This document shows, in pieces, positions 23,701 to 32,747 of a stretch of 64,000 nucleotides of DNA (positions are counted from its first letter, which is position 1; each line of letters opens with the position of its first letter). The DNA is from an uncultured Chloroflexia bacterium (GTDB lineage Bacteria > Chloroflexota > Limnocylindria > Limnocylindrales > CSP1-4): the NCBI GenBank assembly GCA_963752475.1, contig CAVVYR010000007.1, positions 192,001 to 256,000 of the forward strand. The letters are read 5' to 3'. Made by a program: the position numbers and the translations under genes. Below the pieces are notes generated by a model. It had not been told where the DNA came from. It did no database searches and was given only the letters and a program-made list of their open reading frames with translations.

Positions 23701-24068
23701 TCGTCCTGCTGGACTTCGTGGAACAGCGGCGAGCCAAGGGTGACGACGTCCGAACCGCGCTCATCGGCGGCGGCCGGGTCCGCGTGCGTCCGATCCTGAT
23801 GACCGCCATCGCCACGATGCTGGCGCTGGGGCCGGTGGCCATGGGTATGGCCCATGGTTCGATCATCGCCGAGGAGTTGGCCACGGTCGTCATCGGTGGC
23901 CTCTTCAGTTCCACCTTCCTCACGCTCATCGTCATCCCGGTGCTGTACTCCCTCGTGGAGGGCGGCAAGGCCGGCTTCCACCAGCGCTTCGGTGGCGGCG
24001 GTGACCAGACTCCGGCCGTGGAGGAAGCCCCGACCGCGACCGACACGCCCGCCCCGGCCGAAGGCTAG
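20742..24068 (+). CDS. RND (AcrB/SwrC-like) efflux permease (copy 2)
   Basis: 1108 aa, collinear paralog of copy 1; VIDDSIVVIENI, RVRPILMT. Confidence 0.94.
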   Translation: MIRLTEFSLRQKSVVLLLAIGIFLAGAYSWTTLKQELIPDIQLPFVMVISPMPGAGAESVAVQVTEPIEQTLVTVPRRETTQSSSSNSMSMIFAEFDFGTDVKAAVDDVERAVGTAQLPEDVDPLVMSFSIDQMPIVTATIGAAEGADPAVAAEIARHEILPKLQGIDGVSTAELTGGSTPVLDIVLDPEAMAEKGVSLQQVQGILYANQITLPSGSITDGDLRLPVSTAYEYTSVSDLEAQIVGSSGGATAAGGAGAMTAAPAEEASAKVPAADEVAAEEEAGGLLGALGDLSQLAEALAAMPVPVTLGDIATIEENDAFLSGYARTNGQPSLTVSISQTSGANTVQVSSEVEKVFEEALEAYPDVLLIETVVDSADYINESIDGLLQEGLLGGLFAVLVILLFLRSLRTTLVAAISIPLSLFIAIATFGLFGLSINILTLSGLTVAVGRVIDDSIVVIENIFRHKGMGDEIGDAVINGTKEVAAAITTSTVTTVAIFLPIGFVGGLVSQFFQPFALAVTFAMLASLVVALTVIPVLAYLFLGKIDVRVDENGEPRETIWQRIYTPILELALRGRLTKWATVGLAAVISVAAMGAAASLPTAFIDMGGENLVSITVSPPQGGSSDAVREKSIEAEQILLARDDVEMVMSTVPGDEDTGSQALQAAFAGRAPNSAAMTVRIDDSGDMEETRQGIKSDLEHLSADGYEVVVSGESAMAAGMSSMAIVVSGPDAAEIKAASDLIAAELTEMDGLDNVASDAVAESPQVLVAVDPNMAMMIGSTTAQVGTSIREVLVGSPLGTFTMEDGTLRDTTLRVSDAGIESVESLRQMPVSGMAGSAPLGQVADVDVVEVRGTVTRVDGAPAATVTAEIITDDTGAASEEAAQRIDTLREEGLIPDTIETTFAGATAEMEEAFGSLIMSMLFAILVVYIVMVLALGSLITPFIILFSLPLAAIGAFPALAITGHPLGMSAMVGLLMLIGIVVTNAIVLLDFVEQRRAKGDDVRTALIGGGRVRVRPILMTAIATMLALGPVAMGMAHGSIIAEELATVVIGGLFSSTFLTLIVIPVLYSLVEGGKAGFHQRFGGGGDQTPAVEEAPTATDTPAPAEG

Positions 24069-24139
24069 GAGAGGGCAGGGGCTTGGAGCCCCGAGCAGCC
24101 ATCACGCGGGGCGGTCCGGCAGCGAGCCGGGCCGCCTCG

Positions 24140-24355
24140 CTATCCGGCGGATCGGCCTCGGACGACGAGCCCGTCGAGCAGCCGCTGCGTGGCTATGGCG
24201 ATCTCGTCCACGGCAGCCTCGAAGACCTGCTCGTTGACTCGGGATGGCTTGCGGTAGCCGCTCAGCTTGCGCACGTACTGCAGCGCAGCGGCGCGCACGT
24301 CATCGTCGGTGACCGGCTCGGTTGACCCCCGGAGCGTCTTGATCGATCGGCACAT
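24140..24355 (-). CDS. DUF2277 family small protein
   Basis: MCRSIKTLR..VRAAALQYVRKLSG..PS..N...FE.AVDEI. Confidence 0.85.
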   Translation of the reverse strand: MCRSIKTLRGSTEPVTDDDVRAAALQYVRKLSGYRKPSRVNEQVFEAAVDEIAIATQRLLDGLVVRGRSAG

Positions 24356-24530
24356 GGACGCAGATGGTAGCGCCCTGGTGCGCGAACGCAACACCCCGGC
24401 AGACCCGGCCGAGCGACGTTAGACTCGACCGCAGTCGCACATCGGCGCGGGGTCCCTCTTGTCGGGAGGTGTGCCCAGATCCCGTCCGGCCGTGTTGTCG
24501 TCGCACGACCAGATAGGAGCCGCCCCCCGC

Positions 24531-25499
24531 ATGAGCCGAGCGCTGCTTGCCCTCGTCGCCCTCCTGTTCGCCCTTGCCGTCTCCGGCTGTTCTGAGCTGG
24601 CCGTGGGTGCGGGCACCGAACAGACTGGCAACACCGGCGGCAAGACGGCCAAGGTCGAGCCTGCGCCCAAGCCTACGAAGCCACCGCTACGGATCCCGGA
24701 TCTGGTGGGCGAGGATGGCCGGCTGACGGTGCTGATCCTGGGCAGTGACTATCGCGAAGGCATCATCGGCGAGCGCACGGACGCCCTCATCGTGGCCTCC
24801 GTCAATCCGCGTTCCGGACGCGTGGCCATGGTCAGCCTGCCGCGCGACACGGTCAACGTGCCTATCGCTCCGGGCAAGGTCTACGGCGGCCGCATCAACT
24901 CGCTCTTCTGGGACTACGAGCGCGCCACGGGCAAGACCAAGCAGGCGCTCAAGAAGGTCAAGCGCGACCTGTCGTACGCCTTCGGGGTGGAGATCGACTA
25001 CTACGCGCTGGTCGAGTTCGACGGGCTCATCCGCCTCATCAACAGCATCGGCGGTATCGACGTCACGCTCAAGCAGGCTCTTGTCGACCCGACCATGCAC
25101 ATCGGCAAGAACGGCCTGAAGCTGAAGGCGGGTGAGCGCGAGCTCGACGGCAGGAAGGCTCTGGCCTTCTCGCGCTCGCGCCACACGGACAGCGACTACG
25201 GCCGTTCCAAGCGCCAGCACCAGGTCCTCACCGCGGCCACCGAGAAAGTACGCCGACGTGGCTCCGACCAGCTCGGTGCGCTCGTGGAAGTGGCGCGCAA
25301 GAAGATCGTCACCGACCTGCCCTTGCGCGCGGCGCCGGCGCTCCTGGAGCTGGCGGGCAAGGCCGACCTGAGCAAGGTCAAGTCGGTCGTGTTGGAGCCA
25401 GGTCGCTACGCGCGGGAGCTGGCCGGCAGCTACACCATCGCGCCCAATGTCCTCGAGCAGCAGAAGCTCTTCGACCGCATCATGAAGCCGGTGGAGTGA
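24531..25499 (+). CDS. LCP (LytR-CpsA-Psr) family lipoprotein
   Basis: lipobox VSGC; LILGSD..RTD, SLPRD, RINS, IGGIDV, RSRH.DSDYGR..RQ. Confidence 0.9.
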   Translation: MSRALLALVALLFALAVSGCSELAVGAGTEQTGNTGGKTAKVEPAPKPTKPPLRIPDLVGEDGRLTVLILGSDYREGIIGERTDALIVASVNPRSGRVAMVSLPRDTVNVPIAPGKVYGGRINSLFWDYERATGKTKQALKKVKRDLSYAFGVEIDYYALVEFDGLIRLINSIGGIDVTLKQALVDPTMHIGKNGLKLKAGERELDGRKALAFSRSRHTDSDYGRSKRQHQVLTAATEKVRRRGSDQLGALVEVARKKIVTDLPLRAAPALLELAGKADLSKVKSVVLEPGRYARELAGSYTIAPNVLEQQKLFDRIMKPVE

Positions 25500-25535
25500 C
25501 CACCCTCCGCATGCTGTAGCGGTCGCAGCAACGAA

Positions 25536-25565
25536 GAAGCCGCCGGTCTTCCGACCGACGGCTTC
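25536..25565 (-). terminator. terminator between convergent genes
   Basis: 13-bp stem GAAGCCGCCGGTC/GACCGACGGCTTC. The C.A mismatch becomes G.U on the minus strand, which is followed by TTCGTT. Confidence 0.6.
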
Positions 25566-25603
25566 GAGTTCGTACCAGCGGGCCCCGCCCGATGGTGTGT
25601 TCG

Positions 25604-26353
25604 CTAGGAGGCTGCGGGTTCCTCTTCCTCCTTCTTGGCCGCACCGGCGACCCAGATGAGAAGGATGCCGGCGGCGCCGAAGCCGAGGCCCATGAGCAGG
25701 ACCACTGCGGCGATGCCGAGGCCGACCTGCGCGAGCGAGGCCGTCACAGCACCCACGCCGAGCTCGGCGAAGAGGCCGTGCACCGTGCCGCTCCAGGTCT
25801 GCTCACGAGCTGGACCGTCTAGCGGGTGGGTGCGGTTGAACTGCGTCCAGTAGCGCTCGTTGACCGGGACCTCGTAGACGCCGGGGTTGAAGACCTCGTC
25901 CACACCCGTCGTGCTCGGGTCCCACTCACCGCCGAAGTACTCGACCGCGTCCTCCGAGATGCCCTCTTCGCCGTCGCCATCCCACTCGGCCGTCTCGGTC
26001 AGGACCACGTTCTGGGTGCCGGTGAGCGTGTGGTAGGCGATCGTGGCCATCTGGTACATGTACTCGGTGGCCGTGTTGACGAGCGGGTCGTCGGGATCGA
26101 GCTCGCCGTCGACGATGGGCCAGCGCCAGGTCTCACCAAGCAGCTCGAGGATGGCCTCAGCGCCCTCGGTGGTGCCTCGATCGATGAGCTCGCCATCAGC
26201 GTTGTAGCTGAGCTGGACATCCTGGGCCTCGCTGAAGCCCTGCAGCGAGTCCGCGCTCTCCTGCGTGCGCAGGTACGTGTAGCCCGACGCGCCCAGCGCG
26301 ACGATGCCGATGATGATGAGGATCACACCGGTGATCCGAAGCCGTGAAGCCAT
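25604..26353 (-). CDS. hypothetical membrane protein (N- and C-terminal TM, acidic extracytoplasmic domain)
   Basis: Coding-like codon usage; ATG 26353 follows AAGGGAG; two hydrophobic segments. Confidence 0.75.
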   Translation of the reverse strand: MASRLRITGVILIIIGIVALGASGYTYLRTQESADSLQGFSEAQDVQLSYNADGELIDRGTTEGAEAILELLGETWRWPIVDGELDPDDPLVNTATEYMYQMATIAYHTLTGTQNVVLTETAEWDGDGEEGISEDAVEYFGGEWDPSTTGVDEVFNPGVYEVPVNERYWTQFNRTHPLDGPAREQTWSGTVHGLFAELGVGAVTASLAQVGLGIAAVVLLMGLGFGAAGILLIWVAGAAKKEEEEPAAS

Positions 26354-26599
26354 GGAGTTGGGGGGCTCCCTTCTGTCTTGTCGGCTGCTCGCTATGGGAA
26401 GCAGCCGCATATGCCTCTCTGGTCTCGACCATGCTGGAAGAGAATGGATAGAGACTAACTTATCGTTCTCCTCATCTTCGACGTTCTTCGACAGCAACCG
26501 CCGTGCCATATGGCCCGATGTATCAGGGCCGCTTGAACAAGTCCGCTTGAGGAGGTCAGCATGCGAAGGCGAGCGACTGCTCGTTCCCGAGGACCAGAA

Positions 26600-26622
26600 G
26601 AGCCGGGCGCAAGGCCCGGCTC
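26600..26622 (-). terminator. stem-loop after CAP gene
   Basis: GAGCCGGGC/GCCCGGCTC, followed by TTCT on the minus strand. Confidence 0.5.
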
Positions 26623-26646
26623 CGTCAGGTGTCGATGGACCGTCGG

Positions 26647-27243
26647 TCAGTCGAGCTTCTTGCCGTAGAAGTTCATCACCAGCTGGGTCTTCCGACCGCC
26701 GTAGCGCGCGACCCCGACCCCGACGCTCCTGAAGTCCGGATCCTTGATCTGGCGCCAGTGGGGGCCGTTGTAGGACTTCTCAGCCTGCCACATGCGGATG
26801 ATACGGACGACCGTCTTCTTGGCGCTGCCGTACATGCCGCAACCCATGTTCTCGCCATTGGCGATGTGCTTGAGGCTGACCGCGGCGAAGCGGCGATCGA
26901 CGGTGGAGCCGTTTCGCGCATGACCGATCCAGCAGGAGCGGGTGCCGTACCACTGTACCGACTTCCTCACCCAGGGCCACGAAACGCGGTTGGAGATCCT
27001 GGTGCTGTGCTTGAGGGTGCGCATCGCCTTGGAGTGGTTGCCCTTACCCCAGCCCTTGCACTTGCCATTGGCCGTGACGAGACCGCCGCTGCGGATGCAG
27101 TTGGTCAGTCGGATGGCCGTGTCTTCCGCTTCCTTCGCGCGCCAGGGGATGGCGGCCGCGGCGGGGACGGCGGTCAGCGCGACCAGCACGAAGGCAAGCA
27201 CGCTTGCGATCGCGAGGTGGGTGGATGCGGTGCTACGAGTCAT
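26647..27243 (-). CDS. secreted CAP/SCP-domain protein
   Basis: signal peptide; N..R, GH, GEN, W..E..NGPHWRQI.DPDFRSVGVGVA..VMNF. Confidence 0.82.
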   Translation of the reverse strand: MTRSTASTHLAIASVLAFVLVALTAVPAAAAIPWRAKEAEDTAIRLTNCIRSGGLVTANGKCKGWGKGNHSKAMRTLKHSTRISNRVSWPWVRKSVQWYGTRSCWIGHARNGSTVDRRFAAVSLKHIANGENMGCGMYGSAKKTVVRIIRMWQAEKSYNGPHWRQIKDPDFRSVGVGVARYGGRKTQLVMNFYGKKLD

Positions 27244-27519
27244 GCGGCAACTCCTGGCTGCCGCGTGGCCATATGCAACGGGTGGGCCTCCGTTGTTCTC
27301 CCTACGTCACGGGACGCCGAGCTGGGGCTCGATCGGCCGGGCACTGGCCATTTTCATCCCTATCGGCCGACTATCGCTGGGGCGACACCGAGCCGACGAC
27401 CGCCAAAGGGTACCGTGTCTCGGGTCCATTTGTCTTACCCAGTGGGTCTGGCGGCCGGCATCGGGGTAGGCGACTACCGCTAGCATGTGGCCGACACTGA
27501 GGCGGAGGAGAGGCAGCAC

Positions 27520-29066
27520 GTGGACAGCAAGAAGTTCTCGCTCTACGGGAACACGATCACCCCGGACCAGGACCGTAAGGCCCTTGGGTGGCAGCAGATG
27601 TTCATCGACAAGTTCGGCTACGACCCCGATGAACGGTACGAGCTGAGCGTGCACGACAACGCCGAGCTTGGCGATGTGCTGGGGATCCGCGAGATCCGTC
27701 GCGATGCGCAGGGTGATCCCATCGACCGCGAGAACGGCGTCGTCATCTCGACCATCCGCATGGGCTTCGGTCACTACCGCATCGCCATGGCCGGCGCCTC
27801 CGCCGCCCGGGCTCTGGGTTACACGCCCTTGTGGCTGGACCTGCTGGCGATTCCCGGCATCACCCAGGACGCCATCAACTGGTGGAACACGAACTACTCG
27901 AAGTACTCGCGGCTGTCCCAGCGCAGCAGTCTGTTCAACAAGTACGTATGGGAGTCGGTGACTTCGGGCGACAAGACGCTGCCGGGACTCAACTGGTTGC
28001 TCAACAACCGAGCCATCGGCTGGCCCTGGCGCTTCCTCAAGGCCAACGCTCGCGACTACCGCAAGAGCGAGCTGTTCGGTGACCTGCACCGTGCCATGCC
28101 CTCGGACATGCCCATCCTCACCGCCCACATGTGGAATTGCATGGGTGCGGTCGCGGGCGGCATGACCAACGTGGTCGACATGATGTTCGACAACTGGCCC
28201 ATGGCCTTCCAGCTCACGGAGGGCGCCACCCACGGCGGTGCAGTCACCCTCGGGCTACTACGGCTTCCGCATCATGAATCAGTTCGACGAAGAGGACCGC
28301 ATCCTCAATCCCACGCCGGCTGACGCCATCGAGTACGTGGGCCACCACGTGGACCATGAGCTGGTCGAGAACATCGAGGTCGACTGCGCCGCGCGCCTGG
28401 CGCGCATGAGGGACGGCGAGCCGCGCCGGTTCGTGCTCACGATGGGCGGCGCCGGTGCCCAGCGGGAGCTGTTCAAGGCCATCATCGATCACGCCGTCCC
28501 ATGATCGCGCGCGGCGAGATGACGCTCTTCGTCAACCTCGGGCGACCACGAGACGAACTGGGATTGGCTCAAGGGCGAGCTGGGCCCGGCCGCGAAGGAT
28601 CGTGACGCTGCACCGAACGTGGGAGGACACGAAGGCCTACGCCGACGAGATCCGTGAAGGTGAGGCCAGCGGCCTGCACGTCTTCATCTTCGACAACACG
28701 TTCCATGGGGTCTATGCCACCAACTACCTGATGCGCGTGACCGACGTGATGATCACCAAGCCGTCCGAGCTGGCCTTCTACCCCATCCCCAAGATCTTCA
28801 ACGAGCGCGTCGGCGCCCACGAGGCCTGGGGTGCCATCCGCAGTGCAGAGGTGGGCGACGGCACGATCGAGACCCGCAGCATCCCGCGTACGCTGCAGGC
28901 CATCGACCTGCTCGCGCAGGAGACCGACCTCATGGGGCTATTCTGCGACAGCATCGTCAAGAACAAGCGCAGCGGGATCTACGACGGCGCCTACAAGTGC
29001 GTCGCGCTCGCGACCGGCGGCACGTTCGAGCGCACCGACGAGGGCATCTCGTTCACTCGCAGCTAG
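27520..29066 (+). pseudogene. GT-B fold glycosyltransferase-like conserved protein, broken by four single-base frameshifts (likely sequencing errors)
   Basis: MGFGHYR, MGGAGAQ and ITKPSEL motifs. One protein can be rebuilt across shifts near 28234, 28498, 28540 and 28598, each at a short G/C run. Confidence 0.7.
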
Positions 29067-29315
29067 GCCCTCGCGTCCGCTAGCCGTGCCGGCTCGGCTA
29101 CTGCTCGATCGCGCGTACAGGCGATCCTGAGCCGGGGCACCTCGAGCCCGTCGCGTGGGCCGGGCGCCGGCGTGCGTCCCCCGCGGATCGCGTCGACGAA
29201 CGCCTCCAGGTCCAGCCGGACGGCTTCGAAACGGTCGAGGAAGGTCTGGGGGTGGTCGCCCTTGAGGGCCGAAGTCGTGGCTGGATGTCGCCGCAGCCTT
29301 CTGATCGTCCTCCAC
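29063..29315 (-). pseudogene. C-terminal remnant of a Gfo/Idh/MocA (inositol 2-dehydrogenase-like) oxidoreductase
   Basis: GDHPQTFLDRFEAVRLDLEAFVDAIRGGRTPAPGPRDGLE..R..IACTR resembles the IolG C-terminus; no N-terminal Rossmann domain. Confidence 0.55.
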
Positions 29316-29387
29316 CTTCTCGCGTGGAGGGGGCGCACTCGGCTTGCCCTGCGCGCTAGGCTACGGCGCAACGGGAGCACACGGACG

Positions 29388-30209
29388 ATGCTGAACCCAC
29401 CGGTCATCGATGCCCATCACCATTTCGGAGGCTCGGGCCCGAGCATGGATCACGGGCCTGATCAGCTCTGGCCGGAGCTCGAGGCGGAGCGCATCAGCGG
29501 CACCGTGCTCGCGGTGGCCGAGCCGTCCACCGAGCGAACCCGCGAGCTGCTGCGCCTGGCTTCGACCGTGCCCTGGATCCGGGGTGTCGTGGGCTGGGCC
29601 GACCTCACCGCCGATGGCGTCGCCGCTACCATCGCGCAGCTGCGAGCCGGCCCCGGCGGCGAGCTGCTGGTGGGGCTGCGCCATCCGATCCTCGACGAGG
29701 CCGACCCGAGGTGGATGGACAGGGCCGATGTCCGTCGCGGCCTGGCCGCGGTGGCCGAGGCCGGGCTGGCCTTCGACCTCGGCGTGCGCACGCGCGAACT
29801 GCCGGCCGCGGTGGAAGCCTGCGCCGCCCTGCCCGACCTGCGCTTCGTGCTCGAGCATCTGGCCTGCCCGCCGATCGCCAGCGGTGACCTCTCCGCCTGG
29901 GGGCGGGCGTTGCTGGAGCTGGCCGAGCGGCCCAACGTCAGCGCCTCGCTCTCGGGCCTCGTCAGCGAGGCCGATCCGCTGACGTGGTCCATCTACGACC
30001 TGAGCCACCCCGTGGAACTGGCGGTCGACGCCTTCGGCCCGGAGCGGTTGATGCTCGGCTCCGACTGGCCCCATTGCCTGCGGTCCGGCACCTACGCGGA
30101 CGCTATCGATCCGGTGCGCTACCTCCTGGCCGAGCTGCCGAGCCACCAGCAGGACGAGATCCGCGGCACCACGGCGATCCGTGTCTACGGACTGACGAAC
30201 GACGAGTGA
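29388..30209 (+). CDS. amidohydrolase_2 family protein (L-fuconolactonase-like)
   Basis: IDAHHH, GVVGWADL, VGLRH, FVLEHLACP, FGPERLMLGSDWP. Confidence 0.85.
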   Translation: MLNPPVIDAHHHFGGSGPSMDHGPDQLWPELEAERISGTVLAVAEPSTERTRELLRLASTVPWIRGVVGWADLTADGVAATIAQLRAGPGGELLVGLRHPILDEADPRWMDRADVRRGLAAVAEAGLAFDLGVRTRELPAAVEACAALPDLRFVLEHLACPPIASGDLSAWGRALLELAERPNVSASLSGLVSEADPLTWSIYDLSHPVELAVDAFGPERLMLGSDWPHCLRSGTYADAIDPVRYLLAELPSHQQDEIRGTTAIRVYGLTNDE

Positions 30210-30417
30210 GCAGTGGTGCGCCCGTGCACCACTGCGGTTGCGGTTCGGTCACATTCGGGCGTACAGCCCCCTTCGACGGTGCCTGAGCGGCGCGAACACC
30301 ACGCGAGACTTGCTATCCTGCGCCGACGCGCTGGGTCTGGGAGGACTGGCGCTGACACCCGGGGGCGATTGGGAGCGCTTCCGTGCGTCATCCAACATCC
30401 ACATGGAGGATCACGTC

Positions 30418-31446
30418 TTGAAGAAGCTTGTCCCCGGGCTCGTTATCGGAGCCCTCGTCCTCAGCTCGTCGGCTGTGGCAGCCCAGGGTGGCGACACCCT
30501 GAGCGCCGTGCAGGAGCGCGGCCAGGTCGTCTGCGGTGTCAACGGTGGCCTGCCCGGCATGTCCGTCCTCAACGAGGAGTCGGGTGTGTTCGAAGGCATG
30601 GACGCGGACTTCTGCCGCGCCATCGCCGCCGCGGTGCTAGGCGATCCCGCCGCCGTCCAGTACGCCCCGCTGACCGCCGACCAGCGTGCGACCGCCATCC
30701 AGGGCGGCGAGGTCGACGTCATCTTCCGCAACACCACGCACACGCTCAGCCGCGACACGGCGTGGGGTGACTTCGGTCCCACCATCCTGTACGACGGCCA
30801 GGGCCTCATGGTCCCGACCGAGCTCGGGATCTCCGACCCGTCCGAGCTCGATGGCGCCAGCATCTGTGTGACCTCTGGCACCACGACCGAGCTGAACCTT
30901 GCCGATCAGATGGCCTTCCTGGGCGTGGAGTACACCCCGGTCGTGGCCGCTGAGATCGACACGGTCTACGGCCAGTACGAGGAAGGCCGCTGCGACGCGG
31001 TGACCTCGGACAAGTCCCAGCTGCTGGGACGTCGTTCATCGTTCGCCGATCCCGAGGCGCACACCATCCTCGCCGCCACCATCTCCAAGGAGCCGCTGGG
31101 CCCCGTGACGGCGCATGGTGACGCCAACTGGTCGGATATCGTCCGCTGGGTCGTCTTCGCGACCATCCAGGCCGAGGAGCTCGGCATCGACTCGATGAAC
31201 GTCGACTCGTTCGCCGGTGGCGACAACCCCGTCGTGGCCCGCTTCCTCGGTGAGGATGGCGGCTACGGCACGGCGCTTGGCATCCCGGACGACTTCACCG
31301 TCGCCGTGATCAAGGCCGTCGGCAACTACGGTGAGATCTACGACCGCTCGTTCGGCCCGGACACGGCGCTGAACCTGGGCCGTGAGGGCACGCTCAACGC
31401 CCTCTGGACCGAGGGTGGCCTGATGTACTCGCCCCCGTTCCGCTAG
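30418..31446 (+). CDS. aapJ: general L-amino acid ABC transporter substrate-binding protein
   Basis: signal peptide; G.DADFCRAIAAAV, GTTTELNL, SKEPLGP, VGNYGEIY.R, GGLMYSPPFR. TTG start follows GGAGG. Confidence 0.9.
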   Translation: MKKLVPGLVIGALVLSSSAVAAQGGDTLSAVQERGQVVCGVNGGLPGMSVLNEESGVFEGMDADFCRAIAAAVLGDPAAVQYAPLTADQRATAIQGGEVDVIFRNTTHTLSRDTAWGDFGPTILYDGQGLMVPTELGISDPSELDGASICVTSGTTTELNLADQMAFLGVEYTPVVAAEIDTVYGQYEEGRCDAVTSDKSQLLGRRSSFADPEAHTILAATISKEPLGPVTAHGDANWSDIVRWVVFATIQAEELGIDSMNVDSFAGGDNPVVARFLGEDGGYGTALGIPDDFTVAVIKAVGNYGEIYDRSFGPDTALNLGREGTLNALWTEGGLMYSPPFR

Positions 31447-31458
31447 TAGAGCGATAGC

Positions 31459-31499
31459 TCGACCCCGGGGGCGACCGGATGGGTTGCCTCCGGGGTCGA
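31459..31499 (+). other. intercistronic stem-loop after the binding-protein gene (mRNA stabiliser or attenuator)
   Basis: TCGACCCCGGGGGCGACC...GGTTGCCTCCGGGGTCGA. Confidence 0.55.
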
Positions 31500-31529
31500 T
31501 AATTGTCCCGATCCAGGCAGTAGGTATCG

Positions 31530-32747
31530 ATGGCTGACGAACCGAGCGGCGCGCCCGCGCCGACGGGCGCTTCAGGGGGAGGCACCGGTGCATCCATCCC
31601 GTTCTATCGGGATGTGCGCGTGCTCGCCGTCATCACGCAGATCGTCTTCCTGGCGATCGTGTTGCTGGTCATCGGCTGGCTGCTCAACAACCTCGTCACC
31701 AACTCCGAGACGCGAGGCATCACGACCTCGCTGAGCTGGCTCGACAGCCGCGCCGGCTTCACCCCGGCGGAGTCGGTCATCCCCTATACGGCCGACGATA
31801 CCTACGCGCGGGCCCTGGTCGTGGGCCTGCTCAACACGGTCATGGTCAGCGTCGTGGGCATCTTCCTGGCCACGATCATCGGCCTCATCGTCGGTATCGC
31901 GCGCCTGTCGAGCAACTGGCTCGTGAGCAAGGTCTCGCTGACCTACGTCGAGATCTTCCGCAACACGCCGGTGCTGGTCCAGCTGCTGGTCATCTATTTC
32001 GTCGTCTTCCTCCAGATGCCCGGCGTGCGCGACTCGATCCGATTCCCGTTGGACATGTACCTCAGCCAGCGCGGCTTCTACATGCCCCGGCCGGAGGTGG
32101 CGCCAGACGGCCCCGCATGGCTGGTCTCGATCGTCATCGCGGTCGTCGCCTTCATCACCCTCTGGGTCGTGGCTGGCCGTCGAGAGGCGGCCGGCCGGCC
32201 CACGATGGGCCTCCGCTGGATCGCCGCAGCCGTGCTCTTCGGCTTGCCGTTGCTGGTCTGGTTCCTCATCCCCGGCGGCCCGCTCGTCTTCGAGAACCCT
32301 GAACTGGGAAGCTTCAACCTCAGCGGCGGCCTGCGCTTCAGCCCTGAGTTCCTGGCCTTGACCGTCGGCCTCGCGCTCTTCACCGCGGCCTTCATCGCGG
32401 AGATCATCCGCGGCGGCATCCAGGCCGTGAGCAAGGGTCAGCTAGAGGCGGCGCGCACCATCGGCCTCAAGGAAGGCGAGGTCCTGCGCCTGGTCGTCCT
32501 GCCGCAGGCACTGCGCATCATCATCCCGCCGCTGACGAGCCAGTACCTCAACCTGATCAAGAACTCGAGCCTCGCGCTGGCTATCGGCTATGCCGACATC
32601 TTCAACATCAGCCGCACGATCTCGGAGCAGACGGGCCAGCCGGTGTCGGTGCTGGCCATCGTCATGGGCGTGTACCTCATCGTCAGCCTCGCGACCTCGG
32701 TGCTCATGAACTTCTACAACCGAATGGTGCAGATCCATGAGCGGTAG
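31530..32747 (+). CDS. aapQ: amino acid ABC transporter permease
   Basis: VGLLNT, ARLSSNWL, YVEIFRNTP, EIIRGGI.AV.KGQ.EAA, LNLIKNSSLA. Confidence 0.9.
   Translation: MADEPSGAPAPTGASGGGTGASIPFYRDVRVLAVITQIVFLAIVLLVIGWLLNNLVTNSETRGITTSLSWLDSRAGFTPAESVIPYTADDTYARALVVGLLNTVMVSVVGIFLATIIGLIVGIARLSSNWLVSKVSLTYVEIFRNTPVLVQLLVIYFVVFLQMPGVRDSIRFPLDMYLSQRGFYMPRPEVAPDGPAWLVSIVIAVVAFITLWVVAGRREAAGRPTMGLRWIAAAVLFGLPLLVWFLIPGGPLVFENPELGSFNLSGGLRFSPEFLALTVGLALFTAAFIAEIIRGGIQAVSKGQLEAARTIGLKEGEVLRLVVLPQALRIIIPPLTSQYLNLIKNSSLALAIGYADIFNISRTISEQTGQPVSVLAIVMGVYLIVSLATSVLMNFYNRMVQIHER

Noticed and set aside
28230-28605. Programmed ribosomal frameshifting
   Set aside because: Four mixed-direction shifts without slippery heptamers fit sequencing error better
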